Assembly (NCBI RefSeq): GCF_009834535.1
Contig: NC_045721.1
Span: forward strand, 6,758,001-6,822,000
Direction: 5' to 3'
DNA from: Camelus ferus
Lineage: Eukaryota
DNA: 64,000 bases
Positions 24,815 through 38,619 of this stretch are shown one piece after another (the stretch's first letter is position 1; every line of letters begins with the position of its first letter). The notes below the pieces were generated by a model. The model ran no database searches. It saw nothing but the letters and a program-made list of their open reading frames with translations, and was not told where the DNA came from. Both the position numbers and the translations under genes were made by a program.

Positions 24815-24980
24815 CCATTTAAATTAAAATTAATTAAAATTGAACAAAATTAGAAATTTTATTCCTCAGTCATGCTGGCCACATTTCAAGTTCATTGCCG
24901 TGGATTCATTGCTACCTAATTGGACAGTGTAGATTATAGAACATTTCCTTTGTCACAGAAAGTTCTACTGGATGGCACTG
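24815..24980 (-). mobile_element. MER33/MER3-like hAT-Charlie MITE
   Basis: ttcctcagtcatgctggccacatttcaag...ttggacagtgtagattatagaacatttcc...cagaaagttctactggatggcactg. Confidence 0.85.
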
Positions 24981-26810
24981 CTCTATTGAGGATATGGTAG
25001 GAACTTTGTGGGAAAAGTAAACCTACTTTAATAAAAGTTCATCTGATACATACATGGCAGAGGAATGGAATTGACACTCTGGCAATCTGAATTGCAGCTC
25101 ACTGGGATTGTCTAGTTAGGAGACATTCCTTCCACCTATAGAAGTCTTGAAAAGTTATATGTAACTGGCAAAACAATATAAGGAAGAAAATAATGAAATG
25201 CATGACCTGGTTACTGAGAAATGAGAGATTAAAACATTCACAGATCCATGCCAATAACTAAACACTTCAAGCCAGTGAAATAAGAAATGTTATCAGGAAG
25301 CAGATGATTAATTGACAAGTGGATTGTAATTGTTATACAAAAAGTCTGAAGAATGAGAGGCTGAGTGGGTAGGGGGATCGAAAGACTTCACAGAGGAACT
25401 GAAGCCCTGTGCATCACAGTGGTGTGAATGATGCCATCAGCACCTTCCGACTGTGGTCAGCAGTGCGGAGGTGATCTGGCTACAACAGCACTGGTATCCC
25501 TTTCACTACTAAGCATGATTTCAGAGAGCTTCAGGCTAGACAGGAACCCTTGTCTGCTTCCTGGGTAGTTTCTAGTATTGACCACTCTTTCAGAAAGGAC
25601 CCTCTTTCCTGTTAATAAAATCCATCTTCTTCAAAAGATGAGGGTAGCTCTGCAGTCCTGTTGGGATCAGTGAACCAGTCTTCACCACCTTTGCACTGGG
25701 CTCTTTGATCATCACCACCAGAGCTCAGCCTGCCTCCCAAGGGTCCCCTCTTGCAGACATTATGGAGACTGCCCACTCCCGTGTAGGATTTAATTAGCTC
25801 TGGCAAAGGAAGGAGGGGGGATTAAAGGCTGATTAAAGAGCTTATGGAAAATAGATATGATTAGGAGAATAATCCTCTGGAAACCCAAGGCGATATGAGG
25901 CCAGTTCTGCCAGGCAGAGTGTTCTCTGACTGTCATCACCGCTCCTGCGTGACTTACAGCAAGAGGTCATGCTGGAAAGTTGGGGCCAAGAAGAGGTGTT
26001 CCACGTGGAAGCAACTTAAGGGATAGACAGAAACACACACCGTCTATCTTTCCCCTCCAAAATGAAACAGAAGTCATTGTTCCCCACCATTTCACGAAGA
26101 AACAAAGGAGGAAGTGTTTATGAAACGTGATTTATGTGACACAGTTTTTTCTAGGTACTATTTTATTAATTAACATTTATTTACCTGGAGGACTAACTAC
26201 TCTGGCAAGCATCCTATTCAAAGTTTAATGTTAGAGTCAGAGTTAGAAACTACACAGAAGGCAAGGTGTGGTCTCAGCCCCATCTTTAATATTTCCATAA
26301 ATATTTGAGAGGGCGCTAGGGGGCAAGCAAGCATGCACATTCCTAGGAGGGAGAAAACTTGCCACTGGAGAAATTTCTTTTTTCCCCATACTTGATCACA
26401 ACCACTAAAGCATGAGCTGCCCAGAAACATTTCCTGCCACCTTAAGTTGTCAAAAGTAGAAAGAAGCAGAGGGCAAAGGAGGGCAGACATCCAATCAGCT
26501 TTGTGATACCCTAGGCAGCCTGGTTTTTGCTTTAAGGGACCACACTTCAAACCCAACCAGCTTTTATTACACAGAGCAGGGTCTTGATGAGCCTGTAACC
26601 TTATGAGCTACAGTTCTCTGGGGAGATGTGGTGAAGTTATTTGAATATAATTCATCTAGGCAACAAATTCACCCATCATTCAGCTCACAAGTCTCTGTTG
26701 ATCAGGCTGCCAAAACACAAAAGATGTTCCCTTGCTATAGAAATCTTCCTCTAAACCATGCTAATTGCATGGAAAATTCAGACAATAATAATTTTAAAAA
26801 ATTAAAAAAT

Positions 26811-27183
26811 CATACTAAGTGAAGTAAGTCAGAGAAAGACAAATACTATAGGATAGTACTCATATGTAGATTGTAAAAAATGACACAAATGAACTTATTT
26901 ACAAAACGGGGACATACACATAGAAAATGAACATGATTACAGAGAGTGGGGGAGGAAGAGGGGAGAGATAAATTAGGAGTTTGGGATTAGCAGATACACA
27001 CTACTATATGTAAAATAGATAACAAGGTCCTACTGTATAGCACAAGGAACTATATTCATTATCTTGTGATAACTATAATAAAAAAGAATATCAAAAAGAA
27101 TATATGTGTGTATAACCGAATAACAGTGTACACCAGAAACTAACACAACATTGTAAATCAACTATACTTCAATGAAAAAAAAA
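26811..27183 (+). mobile_element. Cetartiodactyl L1 3' end
   Basis: atactaagtgaagtaagtcagagaaagacaaatac...ggagtttgggattagcagatacacactac...aacattgtaaatcaactatacttcaat plus A-tail. Confidence 0.9.
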
Positions 27184-27296
27184 GATTTTTAAGTGTTAGG
27201 CATTTTTTTAATACATTCTTCCAACAATTCTGCAGGTTAGGAGTTATTCACAGGTTATATGTGAAGGAGATTGAAACTGAGACATTAATACAAAAT

Positions 27297-27380
27297 TCTT
27301 TTTAATGGAGGTACTGGAGACTGAACCCACAAGCTCATGCATGCTGAACATGCACTCTACCACTGGGCAATACCCCGACC
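27297..27380 (-). mobile_element. Camelid tRNA-derived SINE (Vic-1-like)
   Basis: Reverse complement ggggtattgcccagtggtagagtgcatgttcagcatgcatgagcttgtgggttcagtctccagtacctccattaaaaaa has A-box-like, B-box-like and A-tail parts. Confidence 0.85.
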
Positions 27381-28004
27381 CGTAATTTTTAAGTTACACA
27401 ATCTATAAATGAAGAAAGACATGCTCAAATTTAGGTCTTTCTTGTTCAACCATGTTGAACATTCCATAACCCACTGAACAAGCAAAGATATGACAACTGT
27501 TAACAGATACCAGGCAGGTTTACACATCACCGTGAGACTTAGCTGACCATCAGCACAGCTTTAATGGGAGACCTGAATTAGAAAACAGAGCCAAGAGGGA
27601 AATATTCTCAAAGTGCTTAGGAAATAAAATTTTAATTTAGTCAGTGGGTAAGGAATAAACTGGCTTCTGCATTCTAAACTGCAGTGTGCTTACTGGAGTA
27701 CAAGACATCAATATGGTCAAAATTCTCAAGAAGAAGAAGGGAGATGATCATGACAATTACTATTCCTTATAAGTATTTTATACCTTCATTCTCTACTCAG
27801 GCAATACCTTTATTCTTTCTACTCTTGGCAACCTGAAAACATGGTTTGATCTTTCTGCAAACTAACTTGAATTTATATATTTCAATGTATGTAATCTGGC
27901 CACATTCTTCTCTTTAGTTCTATTTATTTTATTGTGGCACCATCATTTCTAGAGTTTAATTTCCAGTAACTTTGAGTACTGCTCTTTCATAGCATTTCCA
28001 TCCC

Positions 28005-28105
28005 TTTTTTTCTCCCTCTTCTCTTTCTCCCTCACTCTTTCTTTGTTTCTTTTTCTTTCTCTCCTTCCTTCTTTCCTTCCTTCTTTACTCCTTCCTTCCT
28101 TCCTA
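28005..28105. repeat. CT-rich / (CTTC)n low-complexity tract
   Basis: Direct reading. Confidence 0.85.
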
Positions 28106-28481
28106 TTAAATTGTCTTATGTCTAAGAATTAGAGGTGTACTTAGTTTTATATTTAAGTTTCTTTTTTAACTCTGTTTTCTTAACAACTAATTCTTGTGTG
28201 TTGATTTCGAAGCTTTATTTTCATAAGAAATTTTTCTCAAACTTTTTGTGAGTGAGGTTCTATTGTTTGACTGATTTTGGTCACTGGAGAGAATTTCCTT
28301 AGCTTTGGGAGAAATCTTGAGTTTTTCTGGCAGTCAGCAAGGATTCCAGTTATTTGCCCTTTGCCCTTGGCATAAGGCAGAGTGAGAAGGAGATCTGTGT
28401 CAGTCTGATCTCCTCGTAGATTGGGAGAAAGTAAGTTGCCTTTAGAGGCCAGGAGGGTAAAGCAAACATTCTAAGCTGATT

Positions 28482-28860
28482 TTTAAAAAATTGAAATGTA
28501 GTTGACTTACAGTATTATGTTAGTTTCTGGTGAGCAACACAATAATTCAATATTTTTATAGATTATACTTTATATAAAGTTATTATGAAACACAGGCTAT
28601 ATTCCCTGTGCTGCACATTACAGCCTTGTAACTTGCCTATTTTACATGATCTGTGCCTCTTAATCTCTGTCCCCCATTTTGCCCCTCCCTTCACCCCTCT
28701 CCCCTTTGGCAGCAACCAGCCTGTTCTCTGAATCTGAGGTTTTTTTTTTTTTTTTTTTTTTACGTTTTGCTATCATTGTTTCTTTGTTTTATTCTTTAGA
28801 TTTCACATCTAAGTGGAAACATACAGTATTTGTCTTTCTCTCATCGATAATTAGTGATGT
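28482..28860 (-). mobile_element. L1 3' end (antisense) with internal poly(T)
   Basis: aaattgaaatgtagttgacttacagtattatgttagtttctggtg...gcaaccagcctgttctctg...tagatttcacatctaagtggaaacatacagtatttgtctttctct. Confidence 0.88.
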
Positions 28861-29539
28861 TGAGCATCTTACACAGTAAGGATCCTTGGCTACTGTGGAG
28901 AACTGCAGGTCATGGCTACATTCTTTAAAAAAAAAGTTTCTCTTTCTCTTTTTTTCCAAATGAAAAAGTCTTCCATCTTGATAAGGACTGACCTGCCTTT
29001 AACTTGTCTCATTAGTGAATCCTACTTTGCGGTATGCATGGGTTTCTGAGTGTAGGATTTTTCTGTCCCTACAATTTATGTAGGACAGTGTCTTCCTTCT
29101 GTAGCACTAGTACCTGCTTTGAGAGTCTCTTGTCAGAATTCTTAATTATTTTGTGAGAAGTAAACTTAAAGTTTTATCCTAAGGGCAAACACCGGTGCCT
29201 ACTTATATGAAACTGCATACTTGTCACAATTTTTAGACAATAGCCATTAATTACTGCCAGGCTGTGCCAAATTGAATTTTTTTTTTCTAGTTGAAAACAT
29301 TTTAATATATAATGCAAAAAAGTTCTTAACAAAAAAATCATATTTTTGGAAAACTGAATTATTATTTGATATCTGTTCATTTCTATAGTACTGCATCTGC
29401 AGAAGAATTACATCATCTGTCCCAATAATGCTGAGCTTGGCCATATCTTACCCTGGCCATTGCCAAGACGTGTCACATTGGCACAGAGATCTTTTAAATG
29501 TATTTGTGCTGTTTTTATACTCTTTTACTCCTCCATTCA

Positions 29540-30952
29540 AGCATAAAAGAGACTGCCCTGGGCAACTGCTGCGCCTTTAGCCTGGATCTTGGAAATCAAG
29601 CTTATATAACAGACCTGAACCCCCTCCCTACCCACCCCAAAGCTTAGACCAAAGCCACTGCAGATCTATGAGCATGAAAGTCATGTTTGTTATCATAAGG
29701 CATTGAGATCTAGGGATTATTTGTACTGTAACAAAGTTAACTAATACGGGATTTGGTACCTGGAACAGGGTGATGCTATTAAACCACAACAGCAAGCAAC
29801 AATAAAACTAAGTGAAAACATAGATCAGTGGCTTTAGGGCAGGAGAGTGAATGGGAAGAAAACCATTATAGAAGGTTGGGATGAAAAGCAATCCATGGTA
29901 TTATAGAGGCAAGCAGTTGACTTAACTGTTTGATGCAATATCTTGAACGTAGTCAAAATATATGGTAAACTCCTATCTTTGGTTGATGCAGTAGAAAGGA
30001 AGAATGTTGGCAGTTGAGTTGGTTGTTACTAGAGTGTTTGAGAAGGTTCTACAAGAAAATGACATTAGCTCAAAGAAAAAGGAACAATAACAACAAAAAA
30101 AGGTTTAAACTGTTTGAAATTAGGAGTGAGAAGAGAGAGAAATTTCATTAAGTGTTGTCACTTGCAGGGCTGAATAATATAGTTCCCTCCCCTGGTCAAC
30201 CAAAGATAAAATTGAGAACGTCCTTGAGAGAGAAAGACCAACACTGGTCCTGAAAGCAAAGAACTAATAAGGGCATGACAGTTGCACCTTTTTAAAACTC
30301 CACTGATTGGATTAATCTGACCCAAGATTATCCTTTCAGCTGGTCATATAATGACTCTTACAACAGATTTTTAGAGCATGTTCCCACAGACACCTAGAAA
30401 CTCAAAGTCATATCAGAAACTCAGACTCATATTTGGAAAGAATTGTGGATATGGAGCTAATGGAATAGCACAGAAAACTAAATGAAACCACAGCAAACAA
30501 AACACCAAGGTTTGACAAATGCACTTCCAGTCTGGACTAAAAAGCACTGTGACTCTTACACTGTTCTCTTCCTATCATGTGTGGATTGGAGTAGATTTGC
30601 CATCCCACTGATTTTGGGCTTGGTCAGATGACTGACTTTGGTAAATGGCATGTGTCCCAGTTCTTAGCACAAGCTTTGGAGGCATCCCATGTTTCTACTC
30701 ACCTTATTGTGTTCCAGTCTTTGGCCATGAAAGCAGGACACCCCAGAGAGAATGTGTTTTATATTTGTATGTTATGTGCACCAGCCTGGGTCCTGGAATA
30801 AGAAAACATTTGGAGAGAATTTGAACTTAACCTGCCCTACATGAAGCGTCCATGGCCAACCTTCACATACAAGAGAAAGGAATTAATGTTTATTGTTGCA
30901 AGCCAGTGAGATTTGGGGCATGTTTACTGCCACAGCAAAAGCTGACTAATAC
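29540..30952 (+). mobile_element. MaLR element LTR-internal-LTR (MLT1G/H-like; partial 5' LTR to 29748, internal about 29749-30565, 3' LTR about 30570-30952)
   Basis: Both LTRs end in the MLT1 terminus (...ctaatac[a]). The 5' LTR is followed by gggatttggtacctggaacagggtgatgct, a typical MLT1-int start. Confidence 0.78.
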
Positions 30953-32334
30953 ACCAACCTACTAGCCCATGGCCCATTGTTTGAATTGGGTTCTACTGAG
31001 TCTTTATTATAAGTTTCTGCCAAGAAGACTCACCTCATTTTGGAGAAGCTTCTGTTCATTTGTATATGTAAGCTTCTCCTTTCTGTTGAATTTTACTCAA
31101 TAGAATATATTTATATCTTTCAGAAATCACTGTTACAGGCTTGAGATAGCATTCTTTCATTCTTCCAATGTTACCATGGATTTATTCTTATGGTTTCACT
31201 TATTCTGCCTTTTCAATGGAACTGTAAGAGCAAAAAATAACTTGCAAATTTAGTCAGTCATCTTGACTGGTTCCATCTGTTAGATTCTCTTTAATCTAAT
31301 CTAATGCCCATTAGCATTAGAAGTGTGTACCATAAGGAGGTTTGCTAGAGAAGGGGGACAACTCTTGCTTGTCTGAAGGTTTATAAGCCTTGATAAAGTG
31401 GTATTTCACCTTGGGGTGGTGTCAAAAATAACTGAGGGAATGTATATGTATATTTTGTGGGGGGCTCCATAGACCTGCAACAAAAATCCTCTGATACAGA
31501 TGCTCTAAAATCCCAGTGGTCTGATACAGCTAATGAGGTATAAGGGATGATAGCCACCTATAGTAGCTATCATTCACTACTTAAGGCGTGCATGTTTTCA
31601 TTATCAATTGATGAAACAATTTGAGATATAAAAGAAAAATCTTTAGGAAATTTATCTTGAATAAATTGAGGCCAAAATATGCCAGGAGAGGTAAGAGCCA
31701 GAGAGAAGTTTTTTAAGGAGCCTAATGACTTGGAAGATCAGAACTGTTTTCTAGCTTAAAACTTCATGCCGTTAAGAATTCCTGTAAGTACGCTGCTATT
31801 TTTAGTAGCTATTGCTCCTGAGACCTTTTATTCTGTCTTAGGTATTCATATTATTCTGAAAGCTTCTTTGCAAATTAGACAACTGCCCACTAGAATTTTT
31901 CTCTCGGTATTGTGTAGTTGGGAGCTAATAAAATCACAGGCTAGAAATGAACTTTTCAAATTCGTCTAGCATCCTCCATGCTGGCAGATCTAGTGCTCTT
32001 CTATTACCTCCTGCTCCACAAAGCAAGGCTAGGAGCAGTTAGTAAGCAAGCTTTCAGCTTAGAATGTTTTGAGAAGCATTATCTGATCTGCCCCCAGGTT
32101 GCATGTACATGGACATCCACATGACTTTCAGAAAACTCTTGGTGGATATCATCAAGTTGCTCTGTCGCCATCAAGACACAAAGGAAGAAGTAAACTAGAT
32201 GATTCCAAGTCCTTCAGCCTTCTAGGATGCAGGGCAACTAAATAATAGTTTCTAAGCAGAATTCTCTTCTTGAATCTTAGTGTAGTATCAGCAGCACTGG
32301 AACTAGCTTTGTCACCAGTCATGGTTCACTAACT

Positions 32335-32828
32335 TTGGTGACTATCCAAGATGGCCCCAGTGGTCCCGCCTCTTAGTAGTCAGTTAACCGCTTGTCACAG
32401 TCCACTCCTACATTCTGCCAGATTTGCAATAAGGGAAAAGTGATGGTGTGGTTGTTTCTGAGATTATAAAAGACATCACAGCTTCTGTTTTGACTTGTCT
32501 CTTTCTGTCTCTCTCACTTGCTCTGGGGGGTGCCATATTGTGTACAGTCTCTTGGAGAAGCCCACGTGGGGAAGAACTTAGTCCTTTGGCTTGTAGTCTT
32601 GTGGTCATGTGAGTGAGCCTGAATGTGAATTGTGCAGACCCAGTCAAGCCTTCAGAGACTGCAGCCTTGGCCAACAGCTTTCTATAACTTCATGAGAGAC
32701 TCTGAACGAGAATCACTCAGCTAAGCCGTGCTCAGATTCCTCGCCCTCAGAAGCTCTGTGAGATAATAAATGTGTGTTGTTTTAATCTGGTACATTCTGG
32801 GATAATTAGTTATATAATAACTAATACA
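32335..32828 (+). mobile_element. MLT1F-like solo LTR inserted in a MIR
   Basis: ccaagatggccccagtggtcccgcctc...ccagtcaagccttcagagactgcagccttggccaacagc...gtgagataataaatgtgtgttg...ctaataca; MIR pieces on both sides (about 32280-32334 and 32829-32960). Confidence 0.88.
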
Positions 32829-33949
32829 AGAATGAAACCATGGAACATCTCTGTGTCTGCTTTTCCTACATATAAAATAATATGACATTTTTACCTACCT
32901 CATAGAAGTAGTTTCTACATAAATTATAATAACAAACTGTTGCTAATATGTGACCATTTAGTAAGGAAAATATTATTTAAGTATAAATTTTTTATCATTC
33001 CAAATAGAAACCTTTTATTTTTAAATGATCACAGCTGTCAGGATCATAACAATGCTTGTTTTTGGAAGGAAAGAGACTGTGATTTTTTTTTCTTTAGTCC
33101 AGCAACAAAAATGGTATGCATTTATTGATGCAATTATATTTTACTTTCTTCCACAAAGGCACAACAATTTTTTGTCTCAGACCTTTTTATACACAGTTTA
33201 TTTTTTAATCCCATTTGGTCCTCTGCAAAAAGCATAGTATCAGTAAGGAGCTTTACTTATCACAGGCCTTGCCTTCTAGACAACCTTCAGTCCTGATGGG
33301 ATTCCTCAAGACTTAGTGTCAAATTGGTTTTGTTTTTGCCTTGGTTGAGTTAAATACCTATAGAATTCAAACAGACACTCTTGAAAGTCAGTTGGAAAGC
33401 ATTCGAAGATGGATGTTTAGCAGTTGAATGAGAATTTTTCAGGAGTCATGACTTGTTCATATAACCTCTCCTGACTGAATATTCTGTGGTCTCTTCCAAG
33501 GTATTTGGTAAAGTCTGCAGCCTTTAATTGCTTTGCCTGACATGGGGCAGGCAATCTTTTGCTATCAATGTCTTGATGACACATAGCTTTGCTTACTTGT
33601 GGGTGTCTTCTCTTTGTTTTTCCTGTCATGTACGTTTTATATCATAAATTTATACCATGAAGATTGGTTTCTCTGCTCCCCTGCATACACAATGACTTTT
33701 CGTTTTAATGCAACATCTTAGTGCCATTTTTCCGAAAACATTTTAAGCTAAATGTAGAAATCCAAATATAAAACTCAATAATTCCTTGGTACTATTAATG
33801 CAAATATTACCATAAGATGATAACTAGGTAAATGGATACAGTCTCACCTTGTATCAGTTTACAGATACAAACAACGGCACTTTTGTTAAGGTGTCCATCT
33901 TCTAAGAATGTTCACATTTGAATGAAATATGTTGTAAATTGAGGGAGTA

Positions 33950-34150
33950 ATACAGTGACTGCCTACCCTAGAGGGTGCACTTTCATACAATTCTTTATTT
34001 AAGTTTACCCACAGCCCTTCTGGGTTCCAGATGAGGAGACTAATGCTCACAAAGGTTAAGTAACTTGTTCAGGAACACAGGATATGAGAGGTCAAGTCAG
34101 AATTTAATTTGCATTTTCCCCCTCCAAATATCATGCTCATTCTAGCATAC
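33950..34150 (-). mobile_element. MIR SINE
   Basis: cagatgaggagactaatgctcacaaaggttaagtaacttgttcagga. Confidence 0.7.
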
Positions 34151-35284
34151 GCTTGCTGCCTCAAATGATATTATTGATTTTACTGAAGTCTTTAGCAATA
34201 TTGGTGAGAAAAACTTGTTTACTTTCAATTTAGGAAATGAAAAAAAAATTGATACTCCTGTTGTCTTGTTGATCACTCTGTAACTGAACTCACACTCTGT
34301 GTGCAAGCTTTTCCTGAGAAAACTTCACACCTTTTCATTTCAAAGTTCTAGCTTTGGTTTCAGAGAGCAGTGCAAAAAAGGAATAAGTCAAAGGGATTAC
34401 CAGCAGGGAAGTCTAAGATTTTTCTAGAAAATAATCAATTTCACCCATTAGGACTCAAAAAAGTTGTGTCTGAAATTGTTGATGCCAGATATTGTCTATG
34501 GACATCTTACAGATGAGCTGCTGTTGTGCCTTAAAAATAATCTGCATATGTGAATGAGGGGGTCCTTAGAGGTACATGCATTTGCTCATAGAATTGCACA
34601 TGTCATGAAGGAAGAGTTTTTATTCTATTGTCTTCATTCACAGGATTTCTTTCTGGTTACTCAAATAAGAGTTTTTAATTAAGGGGACTCTACAGAGGGA
34701 CTGTGTGATTCAAATAAGGACAAAATTCCACAGAGACAGCTTAGCAATTCAGGGTGATATGTTGGCTATAGTTATGAAAACCATTTTTCTAAATAGTTAG
34801 CTGCTGCTTTATTTAACTTTCTGGTCAACCTGCACCTATTACAAAATCTCACATTACATCTACTTTGTATATCTTAATCTGCCTGTAGAAAATATGATAG
34901 AGTTGAAACAGCTCTTTTGGATGGCAGTTAAAGTTATCATTTGCCTTCCAGATGCAATGGGGGCCTTTTGTAATTTGGGTATTTAGTTTGAAATTTTATG
35001 TTAATACCACCTTTTTTAGATTGAAACTTTATTTTTGTGCCTACATCAAAAATGTTTATTATTGTCTAATTTCTTCCAAAATAAAGAAAATGCCAAAAAA
35101 AAACCCTAAAAGAATTGTATATATATAAATTGTTTTGATAGTAAATTATCAATACTGAAAAAAAATGGTCAGATTGTAACATACTAGAATTTGTAGAAGT
35201 CATGTTGACCAGCTTCTAGTTGAGGAAATTGAGTTCAGTCAAAGTAATATGCTATTCAACCTCGTATTTTTTAATGTTGAGTTT

Positions 35285-36240
35285 ATTCTCTGTCGACACT
35301 ATTCCTCTGGTGATTCCATCAAGCTTCATGGCTTTAAATTGATTATATCCAATGTGGAGGCCTTGACCTTCCCACCAAAGACCGTTACTCCCTCGGGCTC
35401 CCCCATTTCACTGAATGGCCATTGACTCTTATAGTTCCTTGGGCCAAAACATGTGGAGTCATCCTTGATGACTTTCCTTCTCTCTCTTCTCTCTCATCAG
35501 CAAATACTGTTAGCTGTACCTTCAGAATAGATACAAATAGTCATCACCCCTTACTCCCTCCACTGCCCCTATTCCTGTCCATGTCAACATCATCTATCAC
35601 ATACACCATTTCAGGTGCCTCCTAACGCTTCTCCCTACTTCCACCTCTGTCCTTCTAAAGTCTACTTTGACACAACAACCTGAGTGATTGTGTTAAACCC
35701 CAAGTTAGCTTATGTTCCACCTCTAATCAAAACAGTCCAAAGACTTCCCTTTATACCCAGAGTAAAAGTGAAAGTCCTGCAGAGGCTGTGGGACCTGCAC
35801 CCATCCTTTATGGCTTCTCCCCCTCGTATTGCTAACCTCTTCTTCAGACTTCTACTATTTGCACTTGTACTCACTCTGGTCTGGTCTCACTGGTGCCTTG
35901 CAGTGAGTCCTTTGAATGTGCCAGGCAGGGCCCCCTATCATATACCTTTGCCTCATCCTGGAACATGGTTCTCTCAAATTCTCATGTGGCTAGCTTCCTG
36001 CCTATCTTCAAATTCATGCCTAGATGTCACTTTCTCAGATCTTCTCCAATCACACTCTTTAGAATTATAATCCCAGTTCCAGTGTTCCCTAGCTCCCTCC
36101 CCTGCTTTATTTGCTTCTCTAATTACAGTGAAAGCTTCATAAAGGCAAAGATTATAGCTGTTTTGTTCAATAATGTATTCCTAGAGCAAAGCATATTGCA
36201 TGGCATATAGTCTGTGTTCTATGAATAATTGAATGAGGGA
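35285..36240 (+). mobile_element. L2a/b 3' portion (about 950 bp)
   Basis: ggagtcatccttgatgac...gtgcctcctaacgcttctccctacttcc...aagtgaaagtcctgcag...tcttcaaattcatgcctagatgtcactttctcag...gcatatagtctgtgttctatgaataattgaatga. Confidence 0.88.
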
Positions 36241-38422
36241 ATGGTTTTCATTCATTTCTAGTAATCAGTACATTAGAGCTTTAGGAAGAATACCTGAGCA
36301 CCATGCCCTCACTTAGCATATATATCTATAAAATCATTACCCAATAAGAAATCTTGTTTGTTGGACATGAATCATTGTTGGCTTATTAATGACTTTTTAG
36401 TTATTTAATGATTTGAAGGCTGTGGTACCATGTAAACAGTTTTTCCATTCATAAAGTGCCAAAGTCACCTCAGGAGCAAATGCCACTCTGGGCCACGTGA
36501 AGGTATACTTTGTATCTTTGAAAGAAAATGATCAGGAATTACCTTCGTTGATAGTTATGGTTTAAAATGGTGTTGTAGATGGGGGAGGGGAGATGGTAGA
36601 CATCAGAATGACACTCTCAGTTACAGATTAGAGGAATTATAACTTGTAGTTTTAAAATAACATGTTTAAGTCTAATAAAGGACAGTTGCAGAAATCCACT
36701 TGACATTTGCTTAAGACTACTCAAACCCTAGCCCCCACTTAAACTGTCTCTTCAGGTGACTCTTAATGCATCATGTCACAGCATTTATGCAAGCAGTTAA
36801 CTTATTTATAAATACAGGAATCTAAGTAACTATGAATAAGTTATGAGGTCTCTTGTGGAATGAGTCTGCTCTATATTTCTCTAAACTTGTCAGAGGACTG
36901 GAGACTCCATACTCAAATGATAGCTGATTTGATTGAAAGCCAATCCAGATAAAGAATGTGGATATTTACTTAGAAAACTCTGTCAGTGCTCTGTGTATCT
37001 GAGCACAATGTAAACATGTTTCCTTCATTTTTATCAGTTTCATGCAATGCTGCATCGGTTGCTGCCCATTTTTTAGCACAAATTCCTAGCAGCCAGGATT
37101 TTTGGCTGTTGAACTTTTCTCTGAACAGAAGTATGTGCAAAAGAATGTTTAATAAATGCATTAGACAATGATTGCCTGCGTTTAATATTTATTGAGCACC
37201 AATAGGGACCTTGAGACCTCAGCCCAGGATGAAAAGCTTTAAAAAAGCCTATACCTAATTAAGAAAAACACGGTCCCTGCTCCCAAGAAGCTTATCTGCT
37301 GAAGCAGACCACACCGGTGTGGGTGCACAGAGAAAATTAATTTTTTTTTTTAGCGAAGTGCAGAAAACAACCACCGCCTTTATGAAATTGCAGGATTTAT
37401 CTTCTTCTCTCTTAAACTTGTTTTCTTTGTGAGGGTCTCATGTTAAATGCCTGGCAAAGAATGAAGGTAGAGGAGCCTGGAAAAAGGACCAGGGGATGAG
37501 GCAATGAAATAACAGGATGGTGACAGATGGAGAGGCAGTAGGCTATATGGCCCGAGGGAAGGAGCAGTTGGGGAAGAAATAGAATTCCTGGAGGTGGTTG
37601 CTGTGTTTTCTATATTTTTAAATAATTATGACCTACATCATCATCATGATGAATGAATCTTTAAGATCAGGTTGCAAAGGAGACCAAATCAGAACGAATC
37701 ATAGGTTGATCTCTTTTCGGCATGCTAAAAAGCACAGCTGTGCTGAGGGCAGGATTGGCATGCATCTAAAACATAGCACAGTTTATTAGGAATGGCTTCC
37801 TAATGCATCCATATTTATCTTGCCAGAGATTAGAGAACTGAGGATAAACTGGGAAATCATGACAAACTATGGTTCTGTTTATACCTCCAGAGCAAACATC
37901 AGTATATGTTTATTTTCATCCCGCGTCTTGACTATAACAGGGTCAATGCAGGAAAGTTTTGGTTATGTGTGGAAAATGCATCTAGTTGCATAATAAACAT
38001 GCAATTTTTCAATTCAGTGAAAAGAATTTTAGTCCCAAGTTGACATGTTCCAAAAGTTATCTTTTGCCATATTAATTGGTGTTTGATCTTTGTGTGATCA
38101 TTTCATTCTGGTTTCCCAGATCAGGACGATAGTGAATTAGAGGCATAAGACTAAGTCAAAATCCAAAGGAAAGGCTGGAAGTGCAGTTTGGGAGAAGCCA
38201 AACAAATGTTAATCCCCCAAATCACAGAGAAATAAAAGGCAGAGACAATAATGATTATCCAAGGTGAAAGGAAATAACAAGATAGAGGTGGTAAGAACTG
38301 GCCAAGGATGCAAATGCCCATGATGTTCTTGAAGCCAGTGATTCCTGGGCAGAGTTGATCTTAGATTAAAACCATAAAAGGCATTGTAGTGCAGCTGGTA
38401 TATACCTACCCACGTGAGAACG

Positions 38423-38423
<1 letters not shown>

Positions 38424-38470
<47 letters not shown>
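38424..38470. repeat. (AC)n microsatellite
   Basis: Direct reading. Confidence 0.95.
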
Positions 38471-38475
<5 letters not shown>

Positions 38476-38619
38476 ATATCCCTCACACAGTCTCACTCAC
38501 TGCATCAATTAAAGAAATTAGTATCTGAATAAGGTTGAGGAAAGACTACAGATTCAAGTATATTCAACAAACTGATATGACTCCTTTGTCACAAAAAGTC
38601 TTTGGGAAGCTGAAAGCCC

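Noticed and set aside
27297-27380. tRNA gene
   Set aside because: It has a degenerate cloverleaf followed by the SINE 3' segment and an A-tail, so it is a tRNA-derived SINE rather than a tRNA gene.
31034-31082. Minus-strand exon with a strong GAG|gtgagt donor
   Set aside because: The acceptor lacks a pyrimidine tract and the peptide is not recognised; isolated strong donors are common.
35684-36210. 128-aa and 105-aa plus-strand ORFs
   Set aside because: They lie entirely within a degenerate L2 3' region and are chance ORFs.
37310-37744. 14-bp palindromes ccacaccggtgtgg and agcacagctgtgct
   Set aside because: Several palindromes of this length are expected by chance in 64 kb.
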